A stretch of DNA of 64,000 nucleotides from NCBI RefSeq assembly GCF_009914755.1, contig NC_060933.1; one strand, 5' to 3'. The position numbers and the translations under genes are program-made. Shown piece by piece: positions 12,501 through 26,700 of the stretch. Below the pieces are notes generated by a model. It saw nothing but the letters and a program-made list of their open reading frames with translations, had not been told where the DNA came from and ran no database searches. The number at the start of each line of letters is the position of its first letter. The stretch's first letter is position 1. The DNA comes from the human T2T-CHM13v2.0 reference genome, Homo sapiens.

Positions 12501-15500
12501 TCTATTCCGTACCATTGCATTCCATTCCATACCATTCCATTCCATTCCATTCCATTCCATTCCATTCCATTCCGTTCCATTCCGTTCCATTCCATTCCAT
12601 TCCATTCTATTCGGGTTAATCCCATTCCATTCCATTCCATTCCATTCTATTCCATTCCATTGCAATCGCTTTGAATCCATTGCATTTCATTCCATTCCAT
12701 TCCATTCCATTACATTCCGGAAGATTGCAGTCCATTGCATTCCATTCCATGCCATTGCTCTGCACTCGCGTTGATTCCATGCCATTCCATTCCATTCCAT
12801 TCCATTCCATTCCGTTCGGTTCCGTTCCATTCCATTCCATTCCATTCCATTCCATACCGTTCCGTTCCATTCCATTCCATTCCATTCTATTCGGGTTAAT
12901 TCCATTCCATTCCATTCGATTGCAATCGTGTTGATTCCATTCCATTCCATTCCATTCCATTCCATTCCATTCCATTCCTTTCCATTCCATTCCATTCCGG
13001 ATGATTCCATTCCATTACATTCCATTCCATTCCATTCCCCTGTACTCGGGTTGCTTCCATTCCATTGCATTCTAATCCATGCCCTTCCACTCGTGTTGAT
13101 TCCATTCTTTCCATTCCATTCAAGTTGAATCCATTCCACTGTATTCCATTCCATTCGATTCCATTCGGTTGCACTCGGGTTGATTCCATTCCAATGCATT
13201 CCATTCCATTCCATTCCATTCCATTCCATTGCGTTCCATTCAATTCCATTACATTCGGATTGATTCTATTCAATTCCCTTACACTCCATTACATTCCATT
13301 CCATTCGGGTAGTTTCCGTTCCATTCCATTCCATTCCTTTCCATTCCATTGCACTCGGGTTGATTCCATTCCATTGCATTCCATTCCATTCCATTCCATT
13401 CCATTCTTTTCCATTCCATTCCATTACATTCGGATTGACTCTATTCAACTCCCTTACTCTCCATTACTTTCCATTCCATTCGGGTTGTTCCAATCCATTC
13501 CATTCCATTCCACTCCATTCCATTGCACTCGGGTTGATTCCATTCCATTCCATTCCATTCCATTCCGGATGATTCCATTCCATTACATTCCATTCCATTC
13601 CATTCCCCTGCACTCGCGTTGATTCCATTCCATTGCATTCTATTCCATTCCATTCCCTTCCTTTCCGTTCCATTCCATTCCATTCCATTCCATTCCATTC
13701 TATTCGGGTTAATTCCATTCCATTCCATTCGATTGCAATCGAGTTGATTCCATTCCATTGCATTCCATTCCATTCCATTCCATTCCTTTCCATTCCATTA
13801 CGGATGATTCCATTCCATTGCATTCCATTCCATTCCATTCCCCTGTACTCGGGTTGATTCCATTCCATTCCATTCCAATCCATGCCATTCCACTCGTGTT
13901 GATTCCATTCTTTCCATTCCATTCAAGTTGAATCCATTCCATTGCATTCCATTCCATTCCATTCCCCTGCAGTCGGGTTGATTCCATTCCATTCCATTCC
14001 ATTCCATTCCATTCCCCTGCAGTCGGGTTGATTCCATTCCATTCCATTCCATTCCATTCCATTCCGTTCCGTTCCGTTCCGTTCCATTCCATTCCATTCT
14101 ATTCGGGTTAATTCCATTCCATTCCATTCCATTCCATTCCAATCGAGTTGATTCCATTCCATTCCATTCCATTCCATTCCATTCCACTCCATTCCAGTCC
14201 TTTCCATTCCATTCCACTCGGGTTGATTCCAATGTATTCCTTTCCATTCCGTTCCTTTCCATTGCAATCTAGTTGATTCCATTGCTTTGCATTCCATTCC
14301 ATTCCATTCCATTCCGGATAATTCCATTCCATTGCATTCCATTCCATTCCATTCCCCTGCACTCGGGTTGATTCCATTCCATTCCACTCCATTCCGTTCC
14401 ATTCCATTCCATTCCATTGTATTCGGGTTAATTCCATTCCATTCCATTCCATTCCATTCCATTGCATTACAATCGAGTTGATTCCATTCCATTCCATTCC
14501 ATTGCAGTCCTTTCCATTCCATTCCACTCGGGTTGATTCCATTCTATTAGTTTCCATTCCATTCCATTCCCTTCCATTCCACTCTGGTTGATTCCATTCC
14601 TTTCCATTCCACTCCAATACATTCCCTCCTATTCCACTCGGAACGATTCCATTCCATTCCATTCCATTCCATTCCATTCCATTCCATTCCATTCCATTTC
14701 GTTCCATTCCATTCTATTCCGTATCATTCCATGCCATTCCGTTCCATTCCATTCCATTCCATTCCACTCGTGTTGATTCCATTCCTTTCCATTCCATTCG
14801 GTTTGAAGGCATTCCATTCCATTCCATTCCATTCCATTCCATTGTACTCGGGTTGATTCCATTCCATTGCATTCCATTCTATTCCATTCCATTCCATTCC
14901 GTTGCATTCCATTCCATTACATTTGGATTGATTCTATTCAACTCCCTTACTCTCCATTCCATTCCATTCCATTCGGGTTTTTCCATTCCATTCCATTCCA
15001 TTCCACTCCATTCCATTGCACTCGGGTTGATTCCATTCCATTCCATTCCATTCCATTGCATTCCATTCCATTCCGGATGATTCCATTCCATTGCATTCCG
15101 TTCCATTACATTCCCCTGCACTCGCGTTGATTCCATTCCATTCCATTCCATTACATTCCATTCCATTCCATTACAATTCGTTCCATTCCATTCTATTCCG
15201 TACCATTGCATTCCATTCCATACCATTCCATTCCATTCCATTCCATTCCGTTCCATTCCGTTCCATTCCGTTCCATTCCGTTCCATTCCATTCCATTCCA
15301 TTCTATTCAGGTTAATTCCATTCCATTCCATTCCATTCCATTCTATTCCATTCCATTGCAATCGAGTTGAATCCATTGCATTTCATTCCATTCCATTCCA
15401 TTCCATTCCATTCCGGAAGATTCCATTCCATTGCATTCCATTCTATTCCATTACCCTGCACTCGCGTTGATTCCATTCCATTCCATTCCATTCCATTCCA

Positions 15501-17779
15501 TTCCATTCCATTCCATTCCATTCCGTTCCGTTCCGTTTCGTTCCATTCCATTCCATTCCATTCCGTTCCGTTCCATTCCATTCCATTCCATTCTATTCGG
15601 CTTAATTCCATTCCATTCCATTCGATTGCAATCGTGTAGATTCCATTCCATTCCATTCCATTCCATTCCATTCCATTCCATTCCTTTCCATTCCATTACG
15701 GATGATTCCATTCCATTGCATTCCATTCCATTCCATTCCCCTGTACTCAGGTTGATTCCAATCCATTGCATAGCAATCCATGCCCTTCCACTCGTGTTGA
15801 TTCCATTCTTTCCATTCCATTCAAGTTGAATCCATTCCATAGCATTCCATTGCATTCGATTCCATTCGATTGCACTCGAGTTGATTCCATTCCATTGCAT
15901 TCCATTCGATTCCATTCCATTCCATTCCATTCCATTCCATTCCATTCCGTTCCATTCCATTCCATTCCATTCCATTGCATTCCATTCCATTCCATTCCGG
16001 ATGATTCCATTCCATTGCATTCCATTCCATTCCATTCCCCTGCACTCGGGTTGATTCCATTCCATTCCACTCCATTCCGTTCCATTCCATTCCATTCCAT
16101 TGTATTCGGGTTAATTCCATTCCATTCCATTCCATTCCATTCCATTCCATTCCATTACAATCGAGTTGACTGCATTCCATTTCATTCCATTCCATTTCAT
16201 TCCAGTCCTTTCCATTCCATTCCACTCGGGTTGATTGCATTCTATTAGTTTCCATTCCATTCCATTCCCTTCCATTCCACTCTGGTTGATTCCATTCCTT
16301 TCCATTCCACTCGAATACATTCCCTCCTATTCCACTCGGAACGATTCCATTCCATTCCATTCCATTCCATTCCATTCCATTCCATTCCATTCCATTCCAT
16401 TCCATCGTTCCATTCCATTCTATTCCGTATCATTCCATTCCATTCCATTCCATTCCATTCCATTCCATTCCACTCGTGTTGATTCCATTCCTTTCCATTC
16501 CATTCGGTTTGAAGGCATTCCATTCCATTCCATTCCATTCCATTGCATTCCATTCCATTCCATTGTACTCGGGTTGATTCCATTCCATTGCATTCCATTC
16601 CATTCCATTCCATTCCATTCCGTTCCATTCCATTCTATTACATTCGGATTGATACTATTCAATTCCCTTACACTCCATTACAATCCATTCCATTCGGGTA
16701 GTTTCCATTCCATTCCATTCCATTCCTCTCCATTCCATTGCACTCGGTTTGATTCCATTCCATTGCATTCCATTCCATTCCATTCCATTCCATTCCGTTG
16801 CATTCCATTCCATTACATTCGGATTGATTCTATTCAACTCCCTTACTCTCCATTGCATTCCATTCCATTCGGGTTGTTCCATTCCATTCCATTCCATTCC
16901 ACTCCATTCCATTGCACTCGGGTTGATTCCATTCCATTCCATTCCATTCCGGATGATTCCATTCCATTGCATTCCGTTCCATTACATTCCCCTGCACTGG
17001 CGTTGATTCCATTCCATTCCATTCAATTCCATTCCATTACAATTCGTTGCATTCCATTCTATTCCGTACCATTCCATTCCATTCCATACCATTCCATTCC
17101 ATTCCATTCCGTTCCATTCCGTTCCATTCCGTTCCATTCCATTCCATTCCATTCTATTCCATTACATTGCAATCGAGTTGAATCCATTGAATTTCATTCC
17201 ATTCCATTCCATTCCATTCCATTCCGGAAGATTGCATTCCATTGCATTCCATTCCATTCCATTCCCCTGCACTCGTGTTGATTCCATTCCATTCCATTCC
17301 ATTCCACTCCATTCCATTCCGTTCCATTCCATTCCATTCCATTCCATTCCATTCCGTTCCGTTCCGTTCCATTCCATTCCATTCCATTGTATTCGGGTTA
17401 ATTCCATTCCATTCCATTCGATTGCAATCGAGTTGATTCCATTCCATTCCATTCCATTCCATTCCATTCCATTCCTTTCCATTCCATTACGGATGATTCC
17501 ATTCCATTGCATTCCATTCCATTCCATTCCATTCCATTCCATTCCATTGTACTCTTTTTGATTCCATTTCATTGCATTCCATTCCATTCCATTCCATTCC
17601 ATTCCATTCCATTCCATTCCATTCCATACCGTTGCATTCCATTCCATTACATTCGGATTGATTCTATTCAACTCCCTTACTCTCCATTACATTCGATTCC
17701 ATTCGGGTTGTTCCATTCCATTCCATTCCATTCCACTCCATTCCATTGCACTCGGGTTTATTCCATTCCATTCCATTCC

Positions 17780-17794
17780 TTTCCGGAATATTCC
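17780..17794. promoter_or_regulatory. HSE match, variant tTTCc-gGAAt-aTTCc containing the palindrome GGAATATTCC
   Basis: Seen: TTTCCGGAATATTCC, a single occurrence. Function is inferred. Confidence 0.45.
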
Positions 17795-20700
17795 ATTCCA
17801 TTGCATTCCATTACATTCCATTCCCCTGCACTCGCGTTGATTCCATTCCATTCCATTCCATTCCATTCCATTCCATTCCATTCCTTTCCGTTCCATTCCA
17901 TTCCATTCCGTTCCATTCCATTCCATTCCGTTCCGTTCCGTTCCGTTCCATTCCATTCCATTCTATTCGGGTTAATTCCATTCCATTCCATTCGATTGCA
18001 ATCGAGTTGATTCCATTCCATTCCATTCCATTCCTTTCCATTCCATTACGGATGATTCCATTCCATTGCATTCCATTCCATTCCATTCCCCTGTACTCGG
18101 GTTGATTCCATTCCATTCCATTCCAATCCATGGCATTCCACTCGTGTTGATTCCATTCTTTCCATTCCATTCAAGTTGAATCCATTCCATTGCATTCCAT
18201 TCCATTCGATTCCATTCGATTGCAGTCAGGTTGATTCCATTCCATTGCATTCCATTCCATTCCATTTCATTCCATTCCATTCCTTTCCATTCCATTCCAT
18301 TCCATTCCATTCCATTGCAATCGAGTTGATTCCATTCCATTCCTTTCCATTCCATTCCATTGCCTTGCATTCCACTCGGGTTGATTCCATTCCCTTCTTT
18401 CCACTCCATTACATTCCCTTCCATTCCACTCGGAATGATTGATTCCATTCCATTCCATTCCATTTCATTCCATTGCAATCCATTCCAATCCATTCCATTC
18501 CATTCCATTCAACTCGAGTAGATTTCATTCCATTCCTTTCTATTCCATTCCATTCCTTTCCACTCGAGTTGATTCCATTCCATTCCATTCCATTGCATTC
18601 CATTCCATGCCATTCGACTCGGGTTGATTCCATTCCATTCCATTCCATTCCATTCCATTCCATTCCATTCCATTGCATTCGATTCCATTCCTTTCCCCTG
18701 CACTCGGGTTGATTCCATTCCATTCCATTCCATTTAATCCCATTCCATTCCATTCCATTCCATTCCAATCCGTTCCATTCCATTCCATTCCATTCCATTG
18801 CAATCGACTTGATTCCATTCCATTCCATTCCATTCCATTCCATTCCATTCCATTCCATTCCATTCCATTTTGTTCCAATCCATTCTATTCCAAACCATTC
18901 CATTCCATTCCATTCCATTCCATTCCATTCCATTCCATTCGATGCCATTCCACTCAGGTTGATTCCATTCCTTTCCATTCCATTCCATTCCATTCCATTC
19001 CATTTTGTTCCAATCCATTCTATTCCAAACCATTCCATTCCATTCCATTCCATTCCATTCCATTCCATTCCATTCCATTCCATTCCATTCCATGCCATTC
19101 CACTCGGGTTGATTCCATTCCTTTCCATTCCATTCGGGTTGAATCCATTCCACTCCATTCCATTCCATTCCAATCCATTCCATTGCACTCGGGTTGATTC
19201 CATTCCATTCCATTCCATTCGATTCCATTCCATTCCATTCCATTCCGTTCCATTCCATTTCATTACATTCAGATTGATTCTATTCAATTCCCTTACACTC
19301 CATTATATTCCAATCCATTCTGGTTTTTTCCATTCCATTCCATTCCGTTTCACTCCATTCCATTGCACTCGGTTTGATTCCATTCCATTCCATTCCATTC
19401 CATTCCGGATGATTCCATTCCATTGCATTCCATTCCATTCCATTCCCCTGCACTCGGGTTGATTCCATTCCATTCCATTCCACTCCATTCGGTTCCGTTC
19501 CATTCCATTCTACTGCATTCCATTCTATTCCGGTTAATTCCATTCCATTCTATTCCATTCCATTCCATTCCATTGCAATGGAGTTGATTCCATTCCATTC
19601 CATTCCATTCCGGATGATTCCATTCCATTGCATTCTATTCCATTCCATTCCCCTTCACTCGTGTTGATTCCATTCCCTTCCATTCCATTCCATTCCGTTC
19701 CATTCCTTTGCATTCCATTCTATTCCGGTTAATTCAATTCCATTCCATTCCATTCCATTCCATTCCATTCCATTCCATTGCAATCCAGTTGATTCCATTC
19801 CATTCCTTTCCATTCCGTTCCATAGCCTTGCATTCCACTCGGGTTGATTCCATTCCCTTCTTTCCACTCCATTACATTCCCTTCCATTCCACTCGGAATG
19901 ATTGATTCCATTCCATTCCATTCCAATCCATTCCATTGCATTCCATTCCTTTCAATTGCATTACGGATGATTCCATTCCATTGCATTCCATTCCATTCCA
20001 TTCCCCTGTACTCGGGTTGATTCCATTCCATTCCATTCCAATCCATGCCATTCCACTCGTGTTGATTCCATTCTTTCCATTCCATTCAAGTTGAATCCAT
20101 TCCATTGCATTCCATTCCATTGGATTCCATTCGATTGCACTCGGGTTGATTCCATTCCATTGCATTCCATTCCATTCCATTCCATTCCATTCCATTCCAT
20201 TCTATTCCGTTCCATTCCATTCCATTACATTCGGATTGATTCTATTCAATTCCCTTACACTCCCTTACATTCCATTCCATTCGAGTAGTTTCCATTCCAT
20301 TCCATTCCATTCCTCTGCATTCCATTGCACTCGGGTTGATTCCATTCCATTGCATTCCATTCCATTCCATTCCATTCCATTCCGTTCCATTCCATTCCAT
20401 TACATTCGGATTGATTCTATTCAACTCCCTTACTCTCCATTCCATTCCATTCCATTCGGGTTGTTCCATTCCATTCCATTCCTCTCCATTCCATTGCACT
20501 CGGGTTTATTCCATTCCATTCCATTCCATTCCGGAAGATTCCATTCCATTGCATTCCATTCCATTCCATTCCATTCCCCTGCACTCGCGTTGATTCCATT
20601 CCATTCCATTCCATTCCATTCCATTCCATTCCATTCCAGTCCATTCCTTTCCGTTCCATTCCATTCCATTCCATTCCATTCCATTCCGTTCCGTTCCGTT

Positions 20701-23700
20701 CCATTCCATTGCATTCCATTCTATTCGGGTTAATTCCATTCCATTCCATTCCATTGCAATCGAGTTGATTCCATTCCATTCCATTCCATTCCTTTCCATT
20801 CCATTACGGATGATTCCATTCCATTGCATTCCATTCCATTCCATTCCCCTGTACTCGGGTTGATTCCGTTACATTCCATTCCATTCCAATCCATGCCATT
20901 CCACTCGTGTTGATTCCATTCTTTCCATTCCATTCTAGTTGAATCCATTCCATTGCATTTTATTCCATTCCATTCCCCTGCAGTCGGGTTGATTCCATTC
21001 CATTCCATTCCATTCCATTCCATTCCATTCCATTCCATTCCGTTCCGTTCCATTTAATTCCATTCCATTCTATTCGGGTTAATTCCATTCCATTCCATTC
21101 CATTCCATTGCACTCGGGTTGATTCCATTCCATTCCATTCCATTCCATTCCATTCCATTCCATTCCGGATGATTCCATTCCATTACATTCCATTCCATTA
21201 CATTCCCCTGCACTCGGGTTGATTGCATTCCATTCCATTCCGTTCCATTCCATTCCATTCCATTCCATTCCAATTCTGTCCATTCCATTCTATTCCGTAC
21301 CATTGCATTCCATTCCATACAATTCCATTGCATTCCATTCCATTCCGTTCCGTTCCGTTCCGTTCCGTTCCATTCCATTCCATTCCATTCTATTCCGGTT
21401 AATTCCATCCCATTGCATTCCATTCCATTCTATTCCATTCCATTGCAATCGAGTTGAATCCATTGCATTCCATTCCATTCCATTCCATTCCGGAAGATTC
21501 CATTCCATTGCATTCCATTCCATTCCATTCCCCTGCACTCGCGTTGATTCCATTCCATTCCATTCCATTCCATTCCATTCCATTCCGTTCTTTTCCGTTC
21601 CATTCCATTCCATTCCATTACATTCCATTCCATTCCGTTCCGTTCCGTTCCGTTCCATTCCATTCCATTCCATTCTATTCGGGTTAATTCCATTCCATTC
21701 CATTCGATTGCAATCGAATTGATTCCATTCCATTCCATTCCATTCCATTCCATTCCATTCCATTGCATTCCTTTCCATTACATTACGGATGATTCCATTC
21801 CATTGCATTCCATTCCATTCCATTCCCCTGTACTCGAGTTGATTACATTCCTTTCCATTCCATTCCATGCCATTCCACTCGTGTTAATTCCATTATTTCC
21901 ATTCCATTCAAGTTGAATCCATTCCATTGCATTCCATTCCATTCGATTCCATTCGATTGCACTCGGGTTGATTACATTCCATTGCATTCCATTCCGTTCC
22001 GTTCCATTCCATTACATTCGGATTGATTCTATTCAATTCCCTTACACTCCATTACATTCCATTCCATTCGGGTAGTTTCCATTCCATTCCATTCCATTCC
22101 TCTCCATTCCATTGCACTCGGGTTGATTCCATTCCATTCCATTCCATTCCATTCCATTCCATTCCAGATGATTCCATTCCATTGAATTCCATTCCATTCC
22201 ATTCCCGTGCACTTGGGTTGATTCCATTCCATTCCATTCCATTCCTTTACGTTCCATTCCATTCCATTCAAATCCATTCCATTCTATTCGTGTTAATTCC
22301 ATTCCATTCTATTCCATTCCATTCCATTGAAATCGAGTTGATTCCATTCCATTCCATTCCATTCCATTCCATTCCATTTCGTTCAATTCCATTCTATACC
22401 GTACCATTCCATTCTATTCCGTACCATTCCATTCCATTCCATTCCATTCCATTCCGTTCCATTCCAATCGTGTTGATTCCATTCCTTTCCCTTCCATTCG
22501 GTTTGAAGCCATTCCATTCCATTCAATTCCACTCCATTCCATTCCATTCCATTCCATTCCATTCCATTCCATTCCATTCCATTGTACTCGGGTTGCTTCC
22601 ATTCCATTGCATTCCATTCCATTCCATTCCATTCCATTCCGTTCCATTCCATTCCATTACTTTCGGATTGATTCTATTCAACTCCCTTACTCTCCATTAC
22701 ATTCCATTCCATTCGGGTTGTTCCATTCCATTCCATTCCATTCCACTCCATTCCATTGCACTCGGGTTGATTCCATTCCATTCCATTCCATTCCATACCA
22801 TTCCATTCCATTCCATTCCATTCCATTCCGTTCCGTTCCATTCCGTTCCATTCCATTCCATTCTATTCGGGTTAATTCCATTCCATTCCATTCCATTCCA
22901 TTCCATTCTATTCCGTTCCATTGCAAACGAGTTGAATCCATTGCATTCCATTCCATTCCGGAAGATTCCATTCCATTGCATTCCATTCCATTCCATTCCC
23001 CTGCACTCGCGTTGATTCCATTCCATTCCATTCCATTCCATTCTGTTCCGTTCGGTTCCATTCCATTCCATTCCATTCCATTCCATTCCGTTCCGTTCCA
23101 TTCCATTCCATTCCATTCTTTTCGGGTTAATTCCATTCCATTCTATTCGATTGCAATCGAGTTGATTCCATTCCATTCCATTCCATTCCATTCCATTCCA
23201 TTCCTTTCCATTCCATTCATTTCCATTCCATTACGGATGATTCCATTCCATTGCATTGCATTCCATTCCATTCCCCTGTACTCGGGTTGATTCCATTCCA
23301 TTCCATTCCAATCAATGCCATTCCACTCGTGTTGATTCCATTCTTTCCATTCCATTCAAGTTGAATCCATTCCATTGCATTCCATTCCATTCGATTCCAT
23401 TCGATTGCACTCGGCATGATTCCATTCCATTGCATTCCATTCCATTCCATTCCATTCCGTTCCATTCCATTCCATTACATTCGGATTGATTCTTTTCAAC
23501 TCCCTTACTCTCCATTACATTCCATTCCATTCGGGTTGTTCCATTCCATTCCATTCCATTCCACTCCATTCCATTGTACTCGGGTTGATTCCATTCCATT
23601 CCATTCCATTCCATTCCGGATGATTCCATTCCATTGCATTCAGTTCCATTACATTCCCCTGAACTCGGGTTGATTCCATTCCATTCCATTCCATTAAATT

Positions 23701-26700
23701 CGATTCCATTCCATTCCCCTGCACTCGCGTTGATTCCATTCCATTCCATTCCATTCCATTCCATTCCATTCCTTTCCGTTCCATTCCATTCCATTCCATT
23801 CCATTCCTTTCCGTTCCGTTCCGTTCCATTCCATTCCATTCCATTCTATTCTGGTTAATTCCATTCCATTCCATTCGATTGCAATCGAGTTGATTCCATT
23901 CCATTCCATTCCATTCCATTCCATTGCATTCCATTCCATTCCTTTCCCCTGCACTCGGGTTGATTCCATTCCATTCCATTACATTACATTCCGTTCCATT
24001 CCATTCCATTCCATTCGGATTGATTCTATTCAATTCCCTTACACTCCATTACATTCCATTCCATTCGGGTAGTTTCCATTCCTTTCCATTCCATTCCTCT
24101 CTATTCCATTGCACTCGGGTTGATTCCATTCCATTCCATTCCATTCCATTCCATTCCATTCCATTCCATTCCATTGTACTCGGGTTGATTCCATTCCATT
24201 GCATTCCATTCCATTCCATTCCGTTCCATTCCATTCCTTTACATTCGGATTTATTCGATTCAACTCCCTTACTCTCCATTACATTCCATTCCATTCGGGT
24301 TGTTCCATTCCATTCCATTCCATTCCACTCCTTTCCATTGCACTCGGGTTGATTCCATTCCATTCCATTCCATTCCATTCCATTCCATTCCATTCCGGAT
24401 GATTCCATTCCATTGCATTCCGTTCCATTACATTCTCCTGCACTCGGGTTGATTCCATTCCATTCCTTTCCATTCCATTCGATTCCATTCCATTCCAATT
24501 CTTTCCATTCCATTCTATTCCGTACCATTCCATTCCATTCCATACAATTCCATTCCATTCCATTCCACTCCGTTCCGTTCCGTTCCGTTCCGTTCCGTTC
24601 CATTCCATTCCATTCCATTCTATTCGGGTTAATTCCATTCCATTCCATTCCATTCAATTCCATTCTATTCCATTCCATTGCAATCGAGTTGAATCCATTG
24701 CATTTCATTCCGTTCCATTCCATTCCATTCCATTCCGGAAGATTCCATTCCATTGTAATCCATTCCATTCCATTCCCCTGCACTCGCGTTGATTCCATTC
24801 CATTCCATTCCATTCCATTCCATTCCATTCCATTCCATTCCGTTCCGTTCCATTCCGTTCCATTCCATTCCATTCCATTCCGTTCCGTTCCCTTCCCTTC
24901 TATTCCATTCCATTCTATTCGGGTTATTTCCATTCTATTCCATTCGATTGCAATCGAGTTGATTCCATTCCATTCCATTCCATTCCATTCCATTCCATTC
25001 CATTCCTTTCCATTACATTACGGATGATTCCGTTCCATTGCATTCCATTCCATTCCATTCCCCTGTACTCGGGTTGATTCCATTCCATTCCATTCCATTC
25101 CATGCCATTCCACTCGTGTTGATTCCATTCTTTCCATTCCATTCAAGTTGAATCCATTCCATTGCATTCCATTCCATTCGATTCCATTCGATTGCACTCG
25201 GGTTGATTCCATTCCATTGCATTCCGTTCCATTCCATTCCATTCCATTCCATTCCGTTACATTCCATTCCAATACATTCGGATTGATTCTATTCAATTCC
25301 CTTACACTCCATTACATTCCATTCCATTCGGGTAGATTCCATTCCATTCCATTCCATTCCACTCCATTCCATTGCACTCGGGTTGATTCCATTCCATTCC
25401 ATTCCATTCCATTCCATTCCATTCCATTCCATTCCATTCCATTCGAATCCATTCCTTTGCACTCGGGTTGATTCCATTCCATTCCATTTCATTCCATTCC
25501 ATTCCATTACATTCGGATTGATTCTATTCAATTCCCTTACATTCCATTATATTCCATTCCATTCGTGATGTTTCCATTCCATTCCATTCCATTCCACTCC
25601 ATTCCATTGCATCGGGTTGATTGCATTCCATTCCATTCCATTCCATTCCGGATGATTCCATTCCATTGCATTCCATTCCATTCCATTCCGCTGCACTCTG
25701 GTTGATCACATTCCATTCCATTCCCTTCCATTCCTTTCCATTCCATTGCATTCCATTGCAATGGAGTTGATTCCATTCCATTCCATTCCATTCCATTCCA
25801 TTCTTTTCCATTCCATTCCATTGCATTCCATTCCGGATGATTCCATTCCATTGCATTCCATTCCATTCTATTCAATTCCATTCCGTTCCATTCCATTCCA
25901 TTACATTCGGATTGATTCTATTCAACTCCCTTACCCTCCATTACATTCCATTCCATTCGGGTTGTTCCATTCCATTCCATTCCATTCCATTTCACTCCAT
26001 TCCATTGCACTCGGGTTGATTCCATTGCATTCCATTCCATTCCATTCCATTCCGGAAGATTCCATTCCATTGCATTCCATTCCATTCCATTGCCCTGCAC
26101 TCGCGTTGATTCATTTCCATTCCATTCCATTCCATTCCATTCCATTCCATTCCTTTCCGTTCCATTCCATTCAATTCCATTCCATTCCGTTCCGTTCCGT
26201 TCCGTTCCATTCCATTCCATTCCATTCCATTCCATTCCGTTCCGTTCCGTTCCACTCCATGCCATTCCATTCCATTCTATTCGGGTTAATTCCATTCCAT
26301 TCCATTCGATTGCAATCGAGTTGATTCCATTCCATTCCATTCCATTCCATTCCATTCCATTCCATTCCATTCCACTCGTGTTTATTCCATTCCTTTCCAT
26401 TCCATTCGGTTTGAAGCCATTCCATTCCATTGAATTCCATTCCATTCCATTCCATTCCATTCCATTCCATTCCATTCCATTCCATTCCATTTCATTCCAT
26501 TGTACTCGGGTTGATTCCATTCCATTGCATTCCATTCCATTCCATTCAATTCCATTCCGTTCCAATCCATTCCATTACATTCGGATTGATTCTATTCAAC
26601 TCCCTTACTGTCCATTCCATTCCATTCCATTCGGGTTGTTCCATTCCTTTCCATTGCATTCCACTCCATTCCATTGCACTCGGGTTGATTCCATTCCATT

